From Candidatus Thorarchaeota archaeon (GTDB lineage Archaea > Asgardarchaeota > Thorarchaeia > Thorarchaeales > Thorarchaeaceae): 31,400 nt of DNA. Each line of letters starts with the position of its first letter. The first letter of the stretch is position 1. This document shows, in pieces, positions 27,261-31,400 of the stretch. The notes under the pieces were generated by a model. The model was not told where the DNA came from, ran no database searches, and worked only from the letters and a program-made list of their open reading frames with translations. A program made the translations under genes and the position numbers. The DNA lies in assembly GCA_020348985.1 (NCBI GenBank), contig CP070761.1:1394845-1426244 (forward strand). The letters are read 5' to 3'.

Positions 27261-27331
27261 TAGGTAATATGTTATGTAATTAAGTAACATATTACCTTTT
27301 AAATCTTCCGTATAGGTAACATATTACCTAT
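27261..27331. promoter_or_regulatory. Three 18-bp palindromic operators (TAGGTAAYATRTTACCTA) around a TATA-like element
   Basis: Copies at 27261-78, 27281-98 and 27313-30; TTTAAA at 27298-303. Confidence 0.8.
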
Positions 27332-27367
27332 GCGGGGACTGCTTGCGTAGGGAATAGGTCTTCTAGT

Positions 27368-30300
27368 TCACTCGGTTAAATCGTTCTCTTGATCCTCGCG
27401 CTCTTTCACATCTGACTCCATCTCTTCCAAACGCAAGAGGGCCTCAATGGCGCTTTTGGAGAGCTTCTTGAGCTCTTTCTTGCCTACAGAATCCTTCACA
27501 TGTTGGGGCAATAGCTTGATCAGTTCGCTCTTTGTCATTAGAGCTAGCTCATCGGACTCCACACTGTCCACATCAGGGAAGACTTCATCCTCACTCTCAG
27601 TCTCGACTTCAGGCTGGGGCGCTAAGACATCATCATCAACATCTTCAATTACGACTTCATCGTCAGCGATTTCTGTAAGACTTGGCTCCTTGAGACCTTT
27701 CCTCCCAAGCATTGCCGTTGCTCTTGATACACCTTTGGCCATCTTGGATGACAAATATGGGACCACAATGACGAACAGGACGGGCATCAAAACAATGACT
27801 CCAAGAGAATAGGTTCTGAGGAAGTCCATTGTGAGTACTGTTGTCCCGGCTAGTACAACCAGAAACATGAAGAATTTGATTCGAATGGAGGAGCCCATCT
27901 TCTCCACGAGGTCTATACATTCCTGTTCAACGACAACTGGAGGAGTACCTAGAACTGCCATTTCTTTGATTCGTTCAAGACTCCTGCCTATCTCCCTGTA
28001 GAGGTTGACCACGACTATCACTATGGACGACAAGTATGCCGCAAAGATTGTAAGTATCATAGTGGGGACGGCTAGCTCACCAAGGTGAAACACATTCTGT
28101 AGCACGTAAAATTCAAGCCAATCAATTTGCCGACCCCAGTCGAACACTTGAACAATCACAATTGGAACGAATATCAAGTGCCACAATCCTAGAACGATTC
28201 TTCTTCTGGAAAGTGTTTGTGTATACAGTATTGTGGAGCTCGCATCACGATATAGCCAGATACCGTATAGAATCAACGATATTCCTAGAAGAAGGACGCT
28301 TTCCAGAACTGCCAAACCATAGTCTCCTATGCTGGCGGAGTAGAACGAATGAAGGACAGTCAGTCCTGCTAAGCCAACAACGAAGAAGTAGATGTAGTCG
28401 AGCCTGCGAATCCCTCTTACTAGCATTTCCTGACCTCCTCTAGTTATCGACAGTCCAGAGGAGATTCTGAAGTAGCCTAGCATCGCAATGAAAGTGAAGA
28501 TGAAGGATAACACTACGAGGTAGGTCATGCTCTCAACATCCAAGGACAGCTGAGGTATCGCAACTGCTACGAAGACTGAATCTGTTAGATGACCGGACCT
28601 ACACAATTCACCCTCAGCTTGGACGGTTATGATGTTGTCTCCATATCCTTCGCTTGCCACCTGGAAGCTCACAGTGTACTTCCCACTTTGAGCAGTTTCA
28701 ACAGCGGCCTTTGTTTGATTCTGAAACTCCACAGTCACATCAAGATCTGACATCATGTTCCCGTATCTATCTGTGACTGTCAAATTGACAACAAGCATTT
28801 CACCCTGTTGAGGGGCCGCCGGATATAGCTCCAAACTGAATTCCAGTTCTGCTTGAACTTCGACAATCCCGGTCAGAGATGTTTCACTAGCGAAGTAGTC
28901 ATACGTCACGACCAGTGTGTAGCCGTACGAACCTGCAGCCCAGCCCGCAGTTGAAACAACTCGTGAGTATGTCCCATTGCTGTGGTTGTTGAGACCATAC
29001 ACTGAATCATGAACGACAACCGAAACGGTACAATCACTCATAACATTACCAAGCATATCTTCTAGATCAATCTGAAACAGAATCGAATCATCTCCCTGAA
29101 CAAAAACAGTTCCATTCGCAGGAGAAGGTATAGTAGCCACAGCATCAGTGTGAATGTCAACATACGAAACCCAAGTGCTCCCCGCAACATATTCCCCTGA
29201 GATTGTTACATTGAGCACATAAGTGCCCGGCAGTACCTGAGGGAGAATTGTCCACGAGAGTCTAGAGATATCAGAGAACCCGGAAATGAAGTACAAGCCG
29301 CCGAAGTCGATGCTATAGTTGAAGTCGGTCACAGGGTTCCCATACTGGTCGTGGAAAACGAGATCGAAGGTCACGTTTTCGTAGTTTAACAGAGTTGTCG
29401 AATCAGTGTTGATCTCGACAAGAGCATCTCCAACTAGTGAAAAACTAACTGTCAACTGTTGAGTCTCGAGAAAGCTTTGAGAGACCTCAATTTGCGCTAT
29501 GTAGTCACCTAGTGGGAATCGTGTAGTACTTATGGTTACAACATAGATTCCGGGGGTTGTCTCGGATAGTGCGAAGGTACTGTCGTAAACCACAAGCGTG
29601 ACGTCAGCTCCGGTAATGTTGTTGAATACTTCATCTAACACCTGGACAACAAATGTTAGAGGTTCACCCTGAGTTAGTGATGCGCCAGAGGTGGGTTCCA
29701 TCACTTGAGCTGAGGTTACTCCCATCACGTCTATACTGAAGTTAAGCTCAGAGTGCGTTATGTACGTCCCATTTAGAGCCAAGAGTAGCCAGTATTGACC
29801 TGGCACGAAGTTGGGCAGTACAGTCCAAGAAAGTTTGTAGGATCCTGATGATCCTGATTTGCTGTATACGCCTCCAAACTCCAATGAGTAGTTGAAACCG
29901 GATAATGGGTTGCCGTACTGGTCAATTATCGTGAAGTTAAAGGTGACATTAAGCTTGTTTTGGACTGGGCTCGGCGTTACTGACAAATCCGCACTGGCTG
30001 CTCCCTTCAACGATAGAAATAGCTCCAACTGTTCAGATACTAGGAAAGTATGGGTTACTCCAACTGTGACTGTGTATTGGCCCAAGGGGAATCCTACAGT
30101 ACTGACGTTCCTTGAGTATACTCCCGGAGCGATTTCCAATAGCGAGTAGGTACTCCCCTGCATCAGAACTACCACTTCTGCTGCTGTAATCCCGTAGCCC
30201 ATAAGATCTACAACTTGGACTGTGTAGTTCATCTCAGTTCCTTGTTCGAAAGATGTCAGGTTCCCGGGCGATAATATACCTGCAGCAGATATTCCAAAGA

Positions 30301-31400
30301 CGTCCATCCACAGTGTGTATTGTGTCTGGACGAGCAGGCTGCCGTTGATAGTCATGTTAAGTGGATGACTCCCTGGATAGACGTTCGGGATGAATGCCCA
30401 CGAAAAGTGATACGTGGTTGAAGTACCCGATTTTTGAAAACTATCTGAGAAAGCAAAGCTATAGTTGAAGTTGGACAAGGGGTTTCCGTAAATGTCGACT
30501 ATAGTAAAATTCAGTCTTAGAACTTGGTTATTGAAAACCACGCTGGGCGCGCTGACATCTACAATAGCTGAGCCCATAACAATCATGTTCTGTGAGAATT
30601 GAGTCCCATGTAGATACAGGTGGCTTACAGAAATGACTAATGAGTAGTTGCCCGGAGGATAGCCCAAGGTGTCAAGTTCAACGCTATACGTTCCATCTCC
30701 ATGATCCAGAAACGCAAGGTTACTTGGACTCAGCGCAGTCACTGTAGCACCGTCTACGAGGTACCCTGACCAGTCTCTCAATGTTAGCGCTATGGTGGTA
30801 GACTCGCCTTGATTGAAGTTCCATCCGAGAGACGAATCTATTGTCACTTCTGGCTGAGAGCTCACGTACAAATCAAACAGCTCTGTCTTATTGTTCCCAA
30901 AATCAGAGCCAACGTAGACCACAAAGTTATGGTAGCCGATTGAGTAGGTCGCATTTACTTCTGCAATATACTCCGCACCGGCTTGATGCAAGGCAGTGAA
31001 GTTCTCGCCGTTGATTTCGATGATTGCCCAAGAACCAAGAGGAACAGTTCCATATTGGTCATAGATGAAGACAGAGACAGTGAAATTCTCCCCGCCGTTG
31101 ATGCTAGACTCATAGCTCGCCACAGTAGTCAGATTCCCGGATACTCCCATATAGTATGTGCCAAAGCTTGTGCCTTCAACAAATGGGTGTTGCACAATAA
31201 TCCTGACAGAGTAGTTGCCGATCGGCAATGAAGCGGTCCTATTGAGCAAGTATCTGCCAGGCGTAATCTCATCCAAGATGAACTCGTCTGTTCCGAAATC
31301 AAGGCTGACACTCGCGTTTTGGATTGGGTTACTGTATGGGTCAGTGATGTTTAGCCAGGTTGTGAAGTATTCGTCCTGCAATGCCATGGAAGGCGAGTTT
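27368..31400 (-). CDS. Giant surface protein (5'-partial): at least 10 Ig-like repeats, 7 TM helices, acidic cytoplasmic tail
   Basis: Frame open to the window edge; roughly 95-aa repeats with DxxGN and G.Y motifs; many NxS/T sequons; seven hydrophobic segments at 27752-28528. Confidence 0.85.
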   Translation of the reverse strand, partial: NSPSMALQDEYFTTWLNITDPYSNPIQNASVSLDFGTDEFILDEITPGRYLLNRTASLPIGNYSVRIIVQHPFVEGTSFGTYYMGVSGNLTTVASYESSINGGENFTVSVFIYDQYGTVPLGSWAIIEINGENFTALHQAGAEYIAEVNATYSIGYHNFVVYVGSDFGNNKTELFDLYVSSQPEVTIDSSLGWNFNQGESTTIALTLRDWSGYLVDGATVTALSPSNLAFLDHGDGTYSVELDTLGYPPGNYSLVISVSHLYLHGTQFSQNMIVMGSAIVDVSAPSVVFNNQVLRLNFTIVDIYGNPLSNFNYSFAFSDSFQKSGTSTTYHFSWAFIPNVYPGSHPLNMTINGSLLVQTQYTLWMDVFGISAAGILSPGNLTSFEQGTEMNYTVQVVDLMGYGITAAEVVVLMQGSTYSLLEIAPGVYSRNVSTVGFPLGQYTVTVGVTHTFLVSEQLELFLSLKGAASADLSVTPSPVQNKLNVTFNFTIIDQYGNPLSGFNYSLEFGGVYSKSGSSGSYKLSWTVLPNFVPGQYWLLLALNGTYITHSELNFSIDVMGVTSAQVMEPTSGASLTQGEPLTFVVQVLDEVFNNITGADVTLVVYDSTFALSETTPGIYVVTISTTRFPLGDYIAQIEVSQSFLETQQLTVSFSLVGDALVEINTDSTTLLNYENVTFDLVFHDQYGNPVTDFNYSIDFGGLYFISGFSDISRLSWTILPQVLPGTYVLNVTISGEYVAGSTWVSYVDIHTDAVATIPSPANGTVFVQGDDSILFQIDLEDMLGNVMSDCTVSVVVHDSVYGLNNHSNGTYSRVVSTAGWAAGSYGYTLVVTYDYFASETSLTGIVEVQAELEFSLELYPAAPQQGEMLVVNLTVTDRYGNMMSDLDVTVEFQNQTKAAVETAQSGKYTVSFQVASEGYGDNIITVQAEGELCRSGHLTDSVFVAVAIPQLSLDVESMTYLVVLSFIFTFIAMLGYFRISSGLSITRGGQEMLVRGIRRLDYIYFFVVGLAGLTVLHSFYSASIGDYGLAVLESVLLLGISLILYGIWLYRDASSTILYTQTLSRRRIVLGLWHLIFVPIVIVQVFDWGRQIDWLEFYVLQNVFHLGELAVPTMILTIFAAYLSSIVIVVVNLYREIGRSLERIKEMAVLGTPPVVVEQECIDLVEKMGSSIRIKFFMFLVVLAGTTVLTMDFLRTYSLGVIVLMPVLFVIVVPYLSSKMAKGVSRATAMLGRKGLKEPSLTEIADDEVVIEDVDDDVLAPQPEVETESEDEVFPDVDSVESDELALMTKSELIKLLPQHVKDSVGKKELKKLSKSAIEALLRLEEMESDVKEREDQENDLTE

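Noticed and set aside
27261-27331. Mini-CRISPR or MITE
   Set aside because: Palindromes with 2- and 14-nt spacing around a TATA element upstream of a MarR operon fit operator sites better.
432-31311. Short ORFs overlapping the major genes (e.g. 432-659, 3152-3493, 7519-7914, 17930-18382, 22650-23090, 27447-27812) and intergenic 9353-9580
   Set aside because: Antisense or alternate-frame shadows without motifs or ribosome-binding sites.
1-31400. Genome-wide stop-codon reassignment, CRISPR array, tRNA/rRNA or IS element
   Set aside because: Full-length genes end in TAG, TGA and TAA; no spaced repeats, cloverleafs or transposase motifs were seen.

Overview
Gene-dense prokaryotic chromosomal segment, probably archaeal. 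GGAGGTGA-type ribosome-binding sites, TATA-led apparently leaderless genes, a double-HTH Lrp/AsnC regulator, an NTPase-TPR protein and sequon-rich surface proteins suggest an Asgard (Thorarchaeia-like) genome; this is an inference, as no marker gene is present. Contents in order: purB-purA-flavoprotein operon; CPBP protease and PPOX-family pair; GNAT; STAND-like NTPase-TPR protein; class II photolyase; SRPBCC, Zn-finger membrane and DUF362 proteins; a secreted protein with a structured, switch-like 5' leader divergent from an Lrp/AsnC regulator; a 583-bp structured intergenic region with SD-led micro-ORFs; GbsR/MarR regulator and alpha/beta hydrolase; two tandem paralog pairs of membrane-anchored surface proteins; M28 peptidase and P2A-type ATPase; a MarR operon with three palindromic operators; and a 5'-truncated giant protein. 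The best novel candidate is that giant protein: at least 10 Ig-like repeats, a CxxxHL/T motif, seven TM helices and a cytoplasmic tail, which is an adhesion-GPCR/polycystin-like layout. No rRNA, tRNA, CRISPR array or transposase was recognised. All calls come from reading motifs by eye.
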